A stretch of 62,780 bases of DNA, counting the filler, from Rhabdomonas costata (lineage: Eukaryota): assembly GCA_019059605.1 (NCBI GenBank). It is 39 parts of 39 records of this genome, joined end to end, with 100 filler letters (N's around TTAATTAATTAA, not from the genome) between each part and the next. Parts side by side here need not be neighbours in the genome. Positions count along the whole stretch, not along the records: positions 48,376 to 49,888 come from JAHMHO010014127.1; positions 49,989 to 51,499 come from JAHMHO010014128.1; positions 51,600 to 53,111 come from JAHMHO010014129.1; positions 53,212 to 54,723 come from JAHMHO010014130.1; positions 54,824 to 56,335 come from JAHMHO010014131.1; positions 56,436 to 57,947 come from JAHMHO010014132.1; positions 58,048 to 59,559 come from JAHMHO010014133.1; positions 59,660 to 61,168 come from JAHMHO010014134.1; 31 more parts are not named here. One strand, written 5' to 3'. A model generated the notes under the pieces. The model was not told where the DNA came from. It did not search any database and saw only the letters and a program-made list of their open reading frames with translations. The position numbers and the translations under genes are program-made. This document shows, in pieces, positions 49,302-61,806 of this stretch; within the stretch, counting starts at the first letter, position 1; each line of letters starts with the position of its first letter.

Positions 49302-50324
49302 GTCATTTCTTCCTCCTTCTTCTTCCCACATCCACGCAAATTCTCCTCTTTGCGTGGTAGATGTGTGATCCAGTGAGGATGCTCGACCGAATTTTGCTAA
49401 CCTACCGAAACTGACCTATAACAAGCGAGTGCGAGAGGACATCGGACCAAGAACTCTGTACCCACCATGCTGTACAATGGGAACCCATGGCAGAAGCGGC
49501 TCCCCAACTCACCATCCCTACCTCACATCGGCTTCAACCTCAAAGGAGTGATGCAAGGAAGATGAGGCAACGAAAGTGATCAGCCGTAAACATTTGGAAA
49601 GTTCACGTAGATTTATCTTCACATCCGCCAGAAAATGGTTGACAACGAGGCAGTATGTGAAGACTAGATCTTCACTTCATGTTGGAAGTTGATAATATTC
49701 CAAGGACTGCGAGTGCGTATCTACGGATGACACGATAGAGATTGTAACAGTCGCTGCCTCACTGCTGCCAAGGTTGATCTTTTAGCCTGTTTTCTTATCT
49801 GGTTGTGCTCTTGCTAGGATGGTGAGGCAGATCTTGAGCAGTCCGCCGCAGTTACCGCCCCCACAGTGCCCCCTCCTACCCCCCCACANNNNNNNNNNNN
49901 NNNNNNNNNNNNNNNNNNNNNNNNNNNNNNNNTTAATTAATTAANNNNNNNNNNNNNNNNNNNNNNNNNNNNNNNNNNNNNNNNNNNNTTGTTGTTGTTT
50001 CAGGAGCGGAGGAACCGCTCAGGTTGACACGTTTTTCTTTTGGGGGGTGGGTGCAGCCGTTATGTGCATAATTTGATGTTCGGCCCGGGCCACGCACACA
50101 TTGAGAAGCGAGAAATCACAGTTTATTTCACCCGCACATCTGGAAAACATCGGTATAACAAAAAAAAGGTAACCTGAACCGAGCAGCTTCCAATGCATGC
50201 TGCGCTGATATGATTTACAAAGTATTCCTTTTTTACTCTCCCCCCAAACCCCTGGAAGTCCAAAGGTACCAGTTTTTGGAACCACTTTTTCACCTCTCAC
50301 TCTTGAGCTGGCACCGGGCAATAT

Positions 50325-51340
50325 TTAAGGCCCCCGTGACCGAGTGACGAGAACTCCAAAGGCCCTCCTGCCCTGGAAGACCCGCTGCTCCGATGTCAGC
50401 ACCCCGTGCTCCGTCACCGGCTCTCGTTGCTGCTGCTGCTGCTGCTGTTGCTGCTGTAGGCGCTGCTCCTGCTCCACGGCATACACCCGGGCCGCGATTT
50501 GGGAGTACAGAGTGGACAGGGCGAAGGCCCGAGTGATCTCCGCGGGTGCCGCAGCGGCGCCCGGGGTGGCCAGGAAGGTGAGGTAGGACCGCACGCAGGC
50601 CTGGGTGCTGGCCATTGGGGCGCAGGAGTACAGCGCGGCCCAGCCCGGAGGGGCGAGAGGAAAGCCCGGGGTGGGCACCACTGCCCCGAAAAGCACCTTT
50701 AGTGGGGGGAGATGGGGCGGAAGTCGAAAGGGCCAAAGACGAGAAAAAGGGCAAAGCGATACGCAGGATGCAAGAAGTTGAGGCAGATGAAGGTAAGAAG
50801 AAGAGGATGGCAAGAAGAGCGGCAAGAAGTATATCATCACAAAGCCAATTGAAGGCAGGAAGAAGCCAAGAGGAGAAGGCACGAAAAGAAAGTAGAAGAG
50901 CGCAGTGTTGTTATTCCAGCGAAGTGTGAAGCCTGACTGGTTGACGAGCTATAGGGTGAAGCGTAACAACGAGTGAACGGCCCAACCTCACCAAGATGCG
51001 GTTGGGAGGGGGGAGGAAAGGCTTCATGCGTCAGTAGTGCAGTGGCAGTGAAGTATTCACCATCATTCCACTTCAGCAGACGCCGCGTTGCAATCTCCTT
51101 AAAAGAAAAAGCACGTGTACCGCGTCCTGCAGGCGATCCACGCTACGGGCAAGGCCCTGGAAGTGCCCGGCGAGGTCGTCACAGGGGTAGGCCCCCTCGC
51201 CCTCGGGGCCCGCGGCCTCGGCGGCCTCCGTGAAGACCCGCCACACCAACCGACCAAAGTGCTGCAGCACCGAGTCGGCCAGGTCGACGTGGTACAGCGG
51301 GAGCAGGCGGTACCGAGGGCGGTTCAGCACGTACAGCGCT
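50325..51340 (-). CDS. hypothetical protein C-terminus with a polyQ tract (exons 51340-51121, 50696-50325)
   Basis: Phase-0 GT-AG intron gives DRLQDA|VLFGAVVP; (CAG)n Q10 tract; TAA stop. Confidence 0.8.
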
Positions 51341-51599
51341 CTGGGTGGAAACGAAAAGGGCACTCGACAAAATCAATGGAAAGTTTCCTCTCCGAATAAT
51401 TAACCACAAAACTCAAGCTAAAAAGGATCCTGAAAAGGCAAATAATTCTGCACCTTTGTCCCCTCTTCCGCTCGTGGGTCAACGTTGAGACAAAAAACAN
51501 NNNNNNNNNNNNNNNNNNNNNNNNNNNNNNNNNNNNNNNNNNNTTAATTAATTAANNNNNNNNNNNNNNNNNNNNNNNNNNNNNNNNNNNNNNNNNNNN

Positions 51600-51720
51600 T
51601 GTTGTAGTACAGGTAGATGGCGGTCGCAGCGTTCTGTTTGGACTGGTACACGGGCAGGCCGTTCACCTGGTACGTCGGGAAGGGCAGCACGGTGTAGTTC
51701 TGCTCTAGGAAGGTGACGAG
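51600..51720 (-). CDS. partial exon, hypothetical (LVTFLEQNYTVLPFPTYQVNGLPVYQSKQNAATAIYLYYN)
   Basis: ATCAG acceptor, very strong C/G third-position bias, runs off the contig. Confidence 0.6.
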
Positions 51721-52570
51721 CTGATAATCTAGAGCAAATGGCGCGGATTATCGAGCATCGAGGAGGGAAATGAGGTGAAAACTAGAAGACGCTGCCCCCT
51801 TCACCCTTTTTTTTCTTGGGGGAAGTTACCTATCAAACGTTGCCCATATATACCAACCCATGGGAAGAACGAGCTGCAGCTCCTGTCGTCCGCTCCCATC
51901 GCCGCTCCCTGTTTTCGCCTTCCCGCCTTTTGCCATCCGAACCGCTTCTGCCACACCTTTTTCTGGGTGCTGTGTGGTTTTTGAATGATTTTTGGCGGTG
52001 GGAAGAGCAGAGAAATGAGGCAAGCAGGGAAAGCGATGCACACGTTTCAGCAGAGTGGTGGTGATTGTCCATTGGGAGAAGTTTGGTAGTAATTCGTTAA
52101 GTAATTGGTGGCAGGGACGCCCTTCTATGTGACCACGAGCTTTGCGCAGGGAAGCACAGCGGAACTCTGAGTTTGGACCGGACATTGACTACGCTTCTAT
52201 GCTTGACTGGCAGCGCGGATAGAGCGGAACGTGGTAGCTGAAGGTCCTCAGGGCTGGATTCCTCTAGAAGCTCTGAACGGAAGCCCCCAGTCTCCACCTC
52301 TTCGAGATGCACATCCGGCCTCTCCTCCCCGATTTGGTTGCTTTTGTTTTTCGAAAATTGCAAACAAAAGTTCGTTTTCCAGGGGATTCTGGTGCAGTGC
52401 TTTTCACAGTTCCAAAAAAAAAAAAAGCAAAATATTGCTTCCCCACAGATGCGGCGATGCCTTGCGGGTTTCCTCCCAAGTTTTTGTGTTCTTAGCATTG
52501 AAGACCAGGCAGTTTTGGTTGTAATTAGTTCTTTCGTTTGTGCCGAGGTGCACTGTTTGTTTCGTGTGAT

Positions 52571-53110
52571 TCCTGAATATTGAGAACGCTTTGGCTTGTT
52601 TTGGGTTGATCGTAGGCGGGGTGGCGTCTTCTCCCCCCCCCCCCACAAGATTCCGTGTAGGTGCGACGTACGAACGTACTAGGCGTGCTGAAGAGGACCC
52701 CCACGCACAAATGGGTCCGTGGTGTACAGTGATGTGGCCGTGGGGTCGCGAAAGTCAGGCGAGGCGAGGTGGATAGGGTTACGTGAGAAGCGGCCTGGAC
52801 CCACGACGTATGGGGTGCCTATGGTCATATGCAATTTGGGCTTCTTGCCGGGGGATATAGCGGTACGCTGTGGCTGGAGGTTCTTTCCGGCTGGATTCCT
52901 TTACCGGAAAAACAGAAGGCCGCAGTCTCGACCTATTCGAGGTGCTCACCCCCTCCGAACTGTGGCGATGCCTTGATACCCTCTGGGTTTTCTCCGAAGT
53001 GTCTATGATCTCAGGATTGGACACCATGGCTCCTGAATATTGAGAATGCTTTGGCTTGTTTTGGGAGTTGATCGTAGGCGGGGTGGCGTCTTTTCCCCTC
53101 ACACCCCACA
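52571..53110 (+). repeat. ~78-bp direct repeat, two copies 460 bp apart (52571-52647, 53031-53110)
   Basis: TCCTGAATATTGAGAAYGCTTTGGCTTGTTTTGGG...GATCGTAGGCGGGGTGGCGTCTT in both copies, with a few substitutions and indels. Confidence 0.9.
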
Positions 53111-54285
53111 CNNNNNNNNNNNNNNNNNNNNNNNNNNNNNNNNNNNNNNNNNNNNTTAATTAATTAANNNNNNNNNNNNNNNNNNNNNNNNNNNNNNNNN
53201 NNNNNNNNNNNGGGGGTTGTTGTCCTGCTTCTGTCAATCGAGCAAAGCCATGATATTGGGTTAAGGGGTGTGGTGCACGCGTCTGCAGGCCGTGTTTCCT
53301 GCGGAACGTTTCGCTGTGGTGCCCGGCCAACCCCTTGGAGCAGCTATGCCTGCAGTACTTTGACCTCAGTGCAAACCATCACTACGACCCGGCAGCTGGG
53401 AAGTGGCTCACCGGGCCCTAGCTGATGACACCCTATGAAGGCCGTCTTTGCTCGCCTCAAAGGGTTTCTGTGGATTATGTCAGACCGGGAGCCTCAGCCA
53501 AGCTGCTGTAGGCAAACGTTGGGCTTGTCCGCGCCTTGTGGGTGAAAGATACGCACCAATTTTGGTTGGGACAGACAACATAAAGGGGACCCACCGCTTT
53601 GCACTGGGTCTATCACCGTAGGGGGAGGAGACAACGCAGCAATGTTCTTGGAACTCGGTTTACAGAGGGATAAGATCGGGGTGGGGCAGTTAATTGAAAA
53701 CTGTCTTGCGCGCTTTGAAAAGGGCAACTTGTAATTTTAAGCGAGAATTTCGGACTTCAACAAAGAAGAGGGAATGGGGTTGAGAATAAACTCCCTTATA
53801 TATGTCGCTATCACCCTTCTGTCAAGACGCAAGCTTTACCTGCTGGAGTTCACTCTGGCTTTTAACCTCCACGACAAACGTGTCCGCGTGAGCATTTGTG
53901 TCAAACTCCATCCCAGCCCAGGGAACACGACGCAGCAGTTGTATGCTGTACCAAGGATTAAGACCTTATGTGACATGGAAACGGAGGCGATGCAAACATT
54001 ATCGTGTTTGGATAGGTCGATTTCTGTTTACCTTTGACATATCGGAGTTTGTTGTGTCATTGTAGTCGTGATGGCTTCTTGAATGATCTCTACATGTCCG
54101 CGTCTTGGTATGCACGCTCTCAATTTGGTTTCACAGCTGCTCTTTTTGTGCGGCTGACAATATTTTCGACTCCTGTGTGCCTCCCCACTCACCACGCTTC
54201 TTTCTGACCTTTTTGAGTGGCTTTAGGCTTGTGGCTTAACCGCTTGTGGCTTGACCGGCCGCGTGCGGCAGGGGCTGCAATCCCG

Positions 54286-54393
54286 ATGTCGCGGCCAACC
54301 CTGTTGAGTCTTAGGGTGTGGCTGCCCGGGCTGTGTGTATCTGCAGCTGCTGCTGCTGCGTACTACACGTACTGGTACTTCCTTCAGAACAAG
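54286..54393 (+). CDS. first exon of a signal-anchored protein (MSRPTLLSLRVWLPGLCVSAAAAAAYYTYWYFLQNK)
   Basis: ATG, a hydrophobic anchor, AAG|GTGCCT donor, and a phase-0 acceptor at 54477 (KENSEKDPRP...). Confidence 0.5.
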
Positions 54394-54823
54394 GTGCCTC
54401 CCACGCAACCCCCGCTCAAACTACACTCACTGCTCATCAACCTGTAGTTGCTGACACTCATTACATTTCTTTTGCAGAAGGAAAACTCTGAAAAGGACCC
54501 GCGACCGGCAGCCTCAGATCCCCGCGCCCGCAGTGCAATTATTACGACCAAACATTACCACTCGGCTCATACAGGATGAGGCTCCCTTCTGGGAGGCTTT
54601 TTTGCGTTACAGATCGCTGATTGCGGCTGCCGTGGGGCCGCTAGTTGGGGGCACGACAAAAAAATGTACGTTTGGAAGGAAGAAGGGGTACGGAGCCCTA
54701 AAAAAAATTTTCTGTAAAACAACNNNNNNNNNNNNNNNNNNNNNNNNNNNNNNNNNNNNNNNNNNNNTTAATTAATTAANNNNNNNNNNNNNNNNNNNNN
54801 NNNNNNNNNNNNNNNNNNNNNNN

Positions 54824-55050
54824 CAGATGCTGGGGCTTGTTGGGGACGTTCGAGAACTGGGACTGAAGGTGATCTCCGACAAGAGTGTTGTGCCACCGAG
54901 TATTGTATTTGTATGTCCTATTGTCAATTAAACCACCAGCCAGCGGCGTACTTCCTGGTGATGAAGGTGTCCCGGACAGAGATGCCGGTCCAGGCGGATC
55001 TGGTAGTGTGCCTCAAGACGTCGTACCAGCTTGAGCAGTCGGACCATCAA
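54824..55050 (+). CDS. hypothetical protein, two exons (<54824-54868, 54940-55050)
   Basis: RELGLK|PAAYFLVMKVSRTEMPVQADLVVCLKTSYQLEQSDHQ followed by a GTGAGT donor. Confidence 0.55.
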
Positions 55051-57703
55051 GTGAGTGAGGATGTGGCTGTAGCTCCTCTTACAGGCCCATTAAGCCTCAC
55101 TATGCGGTCCCTGACAACAGCACAGACCCTACCATCTTTTCCTCACAGCGTCAACGGCACCACGTTAGCCTTCCAGACACCACTCAGCGCCTCCAGGAAC
55201 CGGACGTGCTCCGCCCCACTGACTACTAACTCCAGCTTATTTCCACTCAGCCTTCTGCACCGCCTTCTCACACAGCAGCACCGTACCCAGTCCACTCAGC
55301 CCAGGTCACGTTCCCAGAAGCCGAAGTGGGCGCGCTTTTCGTCGAAGAGAATCTGAATAAAACTTCCGCTACACTTGTCATTAATACTTTTCTTCAGCGG
55401 TCAGAATGACACTCTTTTCATATGAGCACAAGGACAAAACTCCTTTGGAGCCATCTGCAGCTGTATCTATTTGCTTAAGATGTAGTTTGTGGCTCCTCTT
55501 TCTGAAGAGATCTACTTAATCTGTTCAAGGTCTCTGGATGTCTCTTCACACACATACTATGGATTGAATCAACGGCTTTGCGTCTCACAAACGTGACACT
55601 GCAAGTGGAGGCGGATGACTGCTCTTAGTCACATGTCAAGTTGGGCTTGACTTTCCAGTCGGTGAATCTTCTTTCCTTTGGAACTATTGCATTCTGGGCA
55701 TTTAATTTTGGGATGGTTACGGTAATCTGTAATCTTGTACGTTCCAATATAACACCAAACTTAAAAGAATCGACATTACTCTGCATTGACGTGGCCTTTT
55801 CTGGAGATGTGGTGCGCGCCACCTTGAACTAATGAAGTGGTGTGGTGGAAAACATCACCGAGCTAGCTAGCGCTGTTGCGTCTATCGTAGGACGCAGATA
55901 TTTGGAAACTATTCGAATTCAGCCGCAACATGCTCACTTCTGACACCCCTCTTGAGACTGTGAATGTTTAGCCGGCTGCACTACGCTCTTTTGATGTCAG
56001 AAAATTACGTAATCCACAAAAAACGGGTCTAAACTGCGTCTAAATCCGTCCATACGCTTGTATAAACTGCACCCTCTGGTGCGGCAACATTCACACGTGG
56101 AGGTGGTGTAGGCTTGCAAAAATAGTCACAGATATTTTCCATCTACTTTTTCATGATCATTTGATTATTTGCCATCACTTTTGCCTGAATGTCCTCTTGC
56201 AGCCTTGTACAAACAGATACTGCAATAATTTCTCGCGCTAAAAACACTGTTTCATTCAGCAAATTCATTCCAGTCACAAACTTGTTATGGCAGAAATGGA
56301 AGTTCCATTCCAAAATATTCAGATTCTCCAAACCCNNNNNNNNNNNNNNNNNNNNNNNNNNNNNNNNNNNNNNNNNNNNTTAATTAATTAANNNNNNNNN
56401 NNNNNNNNNNNNNNNNNNNNNNNNNNNNNNNNNNNGATGGAAGCACAGGTGCGGGCGCACAGGCCGGGGATGGGCACAGCAGAGGTCTGACTTGTGACAG
56501 ATTTGCTCGGCTCTATGAGAAGTTGGGGGAGTCAGGAGTTGCAGGCTATGGGGGAATAAGTGCGGGCTGGGCTTTCACTGGAGCTTGTGTGGGCTCAGAG
56601 GTTTCGCCACTCCCACAGCGGTGGTGATGGCAGCGGGGAGGATTCGGAGCACGGGTCCTGTGGCATGAGCGCAGTGAATGCCGACAAGAAGACACGAGCG
56701 TAGCGAGTAGGAATACATACGCTCTACGTATGGTGGTTCGTACTCTCCGCCACCCTAAGGTGCTTACGAGTACTCACAGATACCCTGACGCACCCCCACC
56801 TCAACCCACATTTTGACCTCGAAAACTCTCAAGTGCCTGGGGTGCACTTTTCGGCCCGCATACTGAGCCTAAGCTTTCGTCCGGGCCTCCTTTCATTCCT
56901 AAGGGTAGAGCCCGGGATGGGCCAGAATGATTCGGATTAGAGCCATGAAAGCACCACAGGTAAGATTTTTTAACAGACGATTCTGGTCGTTTTTCCACCT
57001 CAGTTTTCCTTTTTTAAGCGAAAGGCGACGGCACCACTAGAAAAGAAAGTCGGAAATGTACAGAACCAAAACAAACCAAAGCAGATAAAAGTGAAGAAGT
57101 TTACGGCACTGTAGGTCTTTCAGCGGAGTTCAGGAACAAGGAGGAAGACAAAAAGCTGTGAAAGGGGATGAAAAAGGAAGAAAAAAAACTGAGGGAAACT
57201 GGAAATCGGAGATTGTGGAGGGACAAAAATAGGTGTGGCAGCCTGTGAGGAGCGCAAGGGAGGATAAGCAGGAAAGAGGTAGGAAGGAATGGAGAAGAGA
57301 AAGGGAAGAGAAAGAGAGGAGGAAACGAAACAATTGCGCGAAGGCGGAGGCTCCAACTTGGGGCAACAGCTTTCTTCGGGGTTTGCGTCTGGAGCCGATA
57401 TGGTTCGTTGTGATATTCCTTGTGTTATTTTCATTCCTTGTTCTTCTGTTTCTGTGTTAATGGCTAAACATCCCTTCACCGGGTGTTTCTATGCGCCTAT
57501 TACTGGGCATAGGCATCCACACCAGCACATATTCTGCCAGAGACAGGTGTACACAGAAATACGGTGACCCAGCTGAACGTCTTCTGAAGGGAGGCGGTGG
57601 CTTTGCACAACCACAATGACGAACCTCTCTCTGGCCTTGTGTTACCATGTTTTTTAAAAAGTTCTAAAAAAAACCTTTTAAAAATGTTTTAAAAAAGTGT
57701 TTT

Positions 57704-57947
57704 TTGCGACTCCCGGCGCTCAGCCGGGCCTGCCCCCAATGCGGGCAGCACTGCCAGGATGGGGCCCCGCGAACCAAGAGGCCACGTTCGGCGGATTCTC
57801 CGCATGACACAGCGATTGAAGCCTACTTGTCCACCCTTGACTCCAATTCGCCACTGATCCCTCCAGCCCCGGCAGGACCTCTTCCCTCCCTGGAGCAGCT
57901 GTTGGGGACACACGCGGCGACTCTCCAACACATCCCGAAGGGTGCAC
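57704..57947 (+). mobile_element. possible CRE-clade non-LTR retrotransposon ORF fragment (pre-RT region)
   Basis: CPQCG followed by LPSLEQLLGTHAATLQHIPKGA resembles the LPSL....TL.HIPK.AR block recalled upstream of RT in CRE-like elements. RT is not in the contig. Confidence 0.4.
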
Positions 57948-59664
57948 NNNNNNNNNNNNNNNNNNNNNNNNNNNNNNNNNNNNNNNNNNNNTTAATTAAT
58001 TAANNNNNNNNNNNNNNNNNNNNNNNNNNNNNNNNNNNNNNNNNNNNGGTGTTTGTGTAGAGTGTGTGTGTAGGGTTCTCAGGAGTTGTCTAACAAAAGG
58101 GACAGAGATATTTTGGTGGCGAAAGCCGCGGAGGCGGGAAGGTTGCCTGGGCGGGGGGGACCAGGGTCGCAGCAAAAGCGACAGGGGTTTTCTGGTGGCG
58201 GAGCCTTCCAGCACAAACTTGAACCTTATCGTTTAAAAAATGCATTGGACCCTTTTATAATTTTTTTTTGAAAGCTCACTTTGGGATGTCGCACCCCCGC
58301 CCCTTAATCACTGCGAGCTTGTTGAAAACGAATTAACCGTGCCAGAAACGGGCAAGGTGAGGAACTCGGCAAGGCGTTCTCTATTTCCGCACCAATAATA
58401 CAGACAGATAAAAATTGGACCCTTTCGATTGGAAGTGAACTGTTCACAGTTCAATGCGCATAGTTCAAAGTTCACTTTAAAGTTCAATATTACCACCGCA
58501 TAATCACATGAGGTGGTGGGTTGTGTGGGCCAGCGGTGAAATTGGATGCGCCAAGGTTCAAAGGCAAGGCGCGAGCTCAGGGTTCCAAAAAGCGGCAGTT
58601 CAACTTTCAGCCTTCAATTCGATTCAACCCTAAACAAACTCCGAGAACTAGGGGGACTGTACTTGAAATACGGCTGCCACGCGATTTAAGCACAATTAGA
58701 TGCGGTGGGTTGCTTGGGTGTGGGCAGGGTGGTGCCTGGATGTGGGTGAGGATAGTGAGGGCAACCTTGCTCCCTGCTGGGGCCGTGAGAGCCCTGAAGA
58801 CTCCATAGCGGATCCCACTGCGGGAGGGAGGGCCTCGAAACTCTCGCCGACTTTGCTGTGCCAAGCACAAAACGAAGAACGAGAGGAAACGAGAGAAAGA
58901 GAGCAGGGTCGTGTGCGCGTGGTGCCGAGCAGAGTGATAGAAAAATCATATTGAAAAAAGTGGACAAAGTGAAAAAACCTAACATAACAGATTTTGTGGA
59001 TGCCAAGTCGGTTAGCTTCGCTGCTGAACTGAATGCTGTCCCGTGCGTTCCGTGCAAAGGTGAGGTTTCCATTGGCGCTGACGAGTTGTGGGTTGACGGG
59101 TGCCAAACAGACACACCGATGGCGTTGTCTCTGCACGAGAGACCAAGGATTCTCGAGGGGAGTCTCCTTTGATGGGGCTTCTGCAACACAAAAAATAAAC
59201 AATAAAAAGAATTCACTGACTCAGCCACTGAAGTTGAATGCAAGCCCCGCCCCTCTTCGGGGTTGCAGCGAGAAGGCAAGAAGGGTTGCCAACTCACGAA
59301 AATGAAAACAAAACAAGCACAACTTTAACAGGTCGACAACCTGCGACGCAGATACAAAGTTCGGCTTTTGCAAGCAACCGTACAAGGAAACGGGGAAGGG
59401 GAGTAGCATGATCACTGTGCTGGTTACAAATCAGACAAGAATTGGAACGGCACACTTGAAGAAATGGAAAAACCCGGCCAAAAGTTCTTGGAACCACAAC
59501 CCTTATCACACACACACTTATGGAATGGAATGGATCGACCGATATTCATTCAGCCCTTCNNNNNNNNNNNNNNNNNNNNNNNNNNNNNNNNNNNNNNNNN
59601 NNNTTAATTAATTAANNNNNNNNNNNNNNNNNNNNNNNNNNNNNNNNNNNNNNNNNNNNGTGTG

Positions 59665-59773
59665 GTGGTAATGCATTGGGTAATTGGAGCCCGTGTGGGT
59701 AATGAAGGCGAGCTGCGAGCGTCAGCGCGCCTTCATTACCCACACGGGCTCCAATTACCCAATGCATTACCAC
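59665..59773. repeat. perfect 46-bp hairpin at contig start, probable amplification fold-back
   Basis: 59665-59710 is the reverse complement of 59728-59773. Confidence 0.95.
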
Positions 59774-60068
59774 ACATATTACTGGTTTGTTGGGCCGGGA
59801 GCAGTACGAGGTAATGCGGGGCTGTAATTGAATCTCCTACGCGCACGCTCCCGTGTCGCTGAAGCGGCACCGGACAACCTCTGCAGACACTGGTACCGCT
59901 TCTGCCTCTCGTTTCCCTGGGGAAGTGGGGAAGGATAAGTGTTTTCAAGCCAAGTCCGTTCCTTTTTCGCACCGTGTAAGACGCAGCAGGTTGATGTGAC
60001 TTTACACTGTTTTATTTCTTTGGTTACGCTGTTCAATTCTATGCGCTAATCCTTTTTCCCTCTCGCAG

Positions 60069-60626
60069 GAGATCTGCTTGTGGTCGACGCGGCTACCCAG
60101 AGAGTGGTCATGCAGAGCCATGGCACCGGAGGGTCTTCCGTGGCACTCTCTGAACTTTTGGGGTGGAGCGTCGTGCGGGACACCCGGGAGCTGTGGATGA
60201 CCGAGCTGCTTAATCAGGCACGCGCGTGTGGGGGAGGGGGAATGACGGTGGCAATGTGGGAGGTGTATCGGGCTGATTTTAGGAGTGTCCATACATCCAT
60301 TTTGTTTCTATGCCAAAAGCAGGTGCTTTCGACAGTACAGCTGTGCTTGTGCCAACAAGGGTGTGCCCTAGTGGCGTTCTAGTAATTCTGCTTTTTTGAA
60401 TTGGCCGTGTCCGTGTCGGATATGCCCTCAGCCCGCCTGCCCTTCGCTGGAAGCCCAAGACCTTCTGCTGCTTCCCGGCGCTCGCCTGGGCTGCCGGCGC
60501 ACACCGCTGGCCCTTTTGCCCGGGTCCTCCAGTCCACCACCACAGCTGCACGGGCTTCACTTCGTGGCGTGGGTGCAGCTTATGTTGTGCATTGGGGTGG
60601 GCGCACGGTGGAAGCAGCTCCTTGAG
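60069..60626 (+). CDS. hypothetical protein, two exons (60069-60217, 60432-60626)
   Basis: Polypyrimidine-CAG acceptor, then DLLVVDAATQRVVMQ...WMTELLNQ|PACPSLEAQDLLLLPG...WKQLLE and a GT donor. The first donor is probably GC. Confidence 0.6.
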
Positions 60627-61806
60627 GTTCTTCGGCGGCACCTCTTTTTTTGTCGTATGGGTGGAGCCGAAAACGGGAAGGGGCAGGTTGGGGACGGTTG
60701 CTTCACTGCCCGCTCTCGTCTGCCTTTGCTTGCTCCATTATGAGAAGTGCAGGAACACGAAAAGCGATTGAGGTGTGAGTCGGGAGACGCTTCGCTGGCG
60801 TAATAGAACGCATTGTGCATTGCACCATAGTATTGTTTTGTAATATTTGCTTCACTTCAAACTGAGAATTGGTGAATGTTAAAAACGCAATGGGTGCTGG
60901 GTTTTCTGCAGTGGCTTTTCTCGTGGTGTGCATTCCACTTTGGTGTCGGATTTCCTCTTTAATGTGAAGCACACCATATTATTACCTTGGATGGGACTTT
61001 CTTAATCTCACTGCTTTCTCGGGAACGGAGAACAACTGCAGCTCTTGGTTGTATCAGGGTGAACGACAACTTCTGGCCAGCATCGTTCCCTGTGACCCTG
61101 GCTTTTATTCAGCTTCATTTTTATGCAGCCGCTCCTGAACGGCACGTCGGTGTACTACCCACCCCCAANNNNNNNNNNNNNNNNNNNNNNNNNNNNNNNN
61201 NNNNNNNNNNNNTTAATTAATTAANNNNNNNNNNNNNNNNNNNNNNNNNNNNNNNNNNNNNNNNNNNNTGGGGTGTGGACGTTTTTTGATCTGTCGTAGT
61301 GGGAGTGGAAAAACGCCAAACCCGGTCGCTCTCTGACCCCGAGCTACTCATCCCGCATTTGGCGTTTTTCCACTCCCACTACGACAGATCAAAAAACGTC
61401 CACAGACACCAAGACATCTTCGGAGGGGTATTTAGCTCAGCTCTGCGGGAAACAGGCACACACTCACACGCACAAAAAGGAAGGCGCCCAGATATCCACC
61501 AGTCCCAAGCAATCCAAGCGGCACCCCGAGAGGTGGAGGTTGGGGGAGGTTGGGCGCAGATGAAGAGGAAAGGCCAACATTTATGAACGAAAGCCTAACG
61601 TGAGAGAAAGAGACAGAGGCATGAAGAACCACCGCGGAAAGCAAAATAAGAATAACAACAGAACAGCGAGGCCACGGGAAATTTCACGGGAAAAATGCCA
61701 GACGCACAGCAGGGAAGAAGTTTACCGGCGACTGCTGTGACCTCATCCTCGGAGCGCGGGGCGGTGCGAGGGTAGAAGGGCATGGTGGGTGTGGGGAGAA
61801 GGCTTC

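Larger units (their letters stand above)
1514..61268. other. 38 artificial contig-joining spacers (44 N + TTAATTAATTAA + 44 N, 100 bp each)
   Basis: Identical spacers start at 1514, 3127, 4740, 6353, 7966, 9586, 11199, 12812, 14425, 16038, 17652, 19265, 20878, 22491, 24104, 25712, 27319, 28931, 30543, 32155, 33767, 35380, 36993, 38606, 40216, 41828, 43440, 45052, 46664, 48276, 49889, 51500, 53112, 54724, 56336, 57948, 59560 and 61169. The 12-mer places stop codons in all six frames. Contigs are almost all 1512-1513 bp, as expected for a length-sorted concatenation. Confidence 0.99.
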
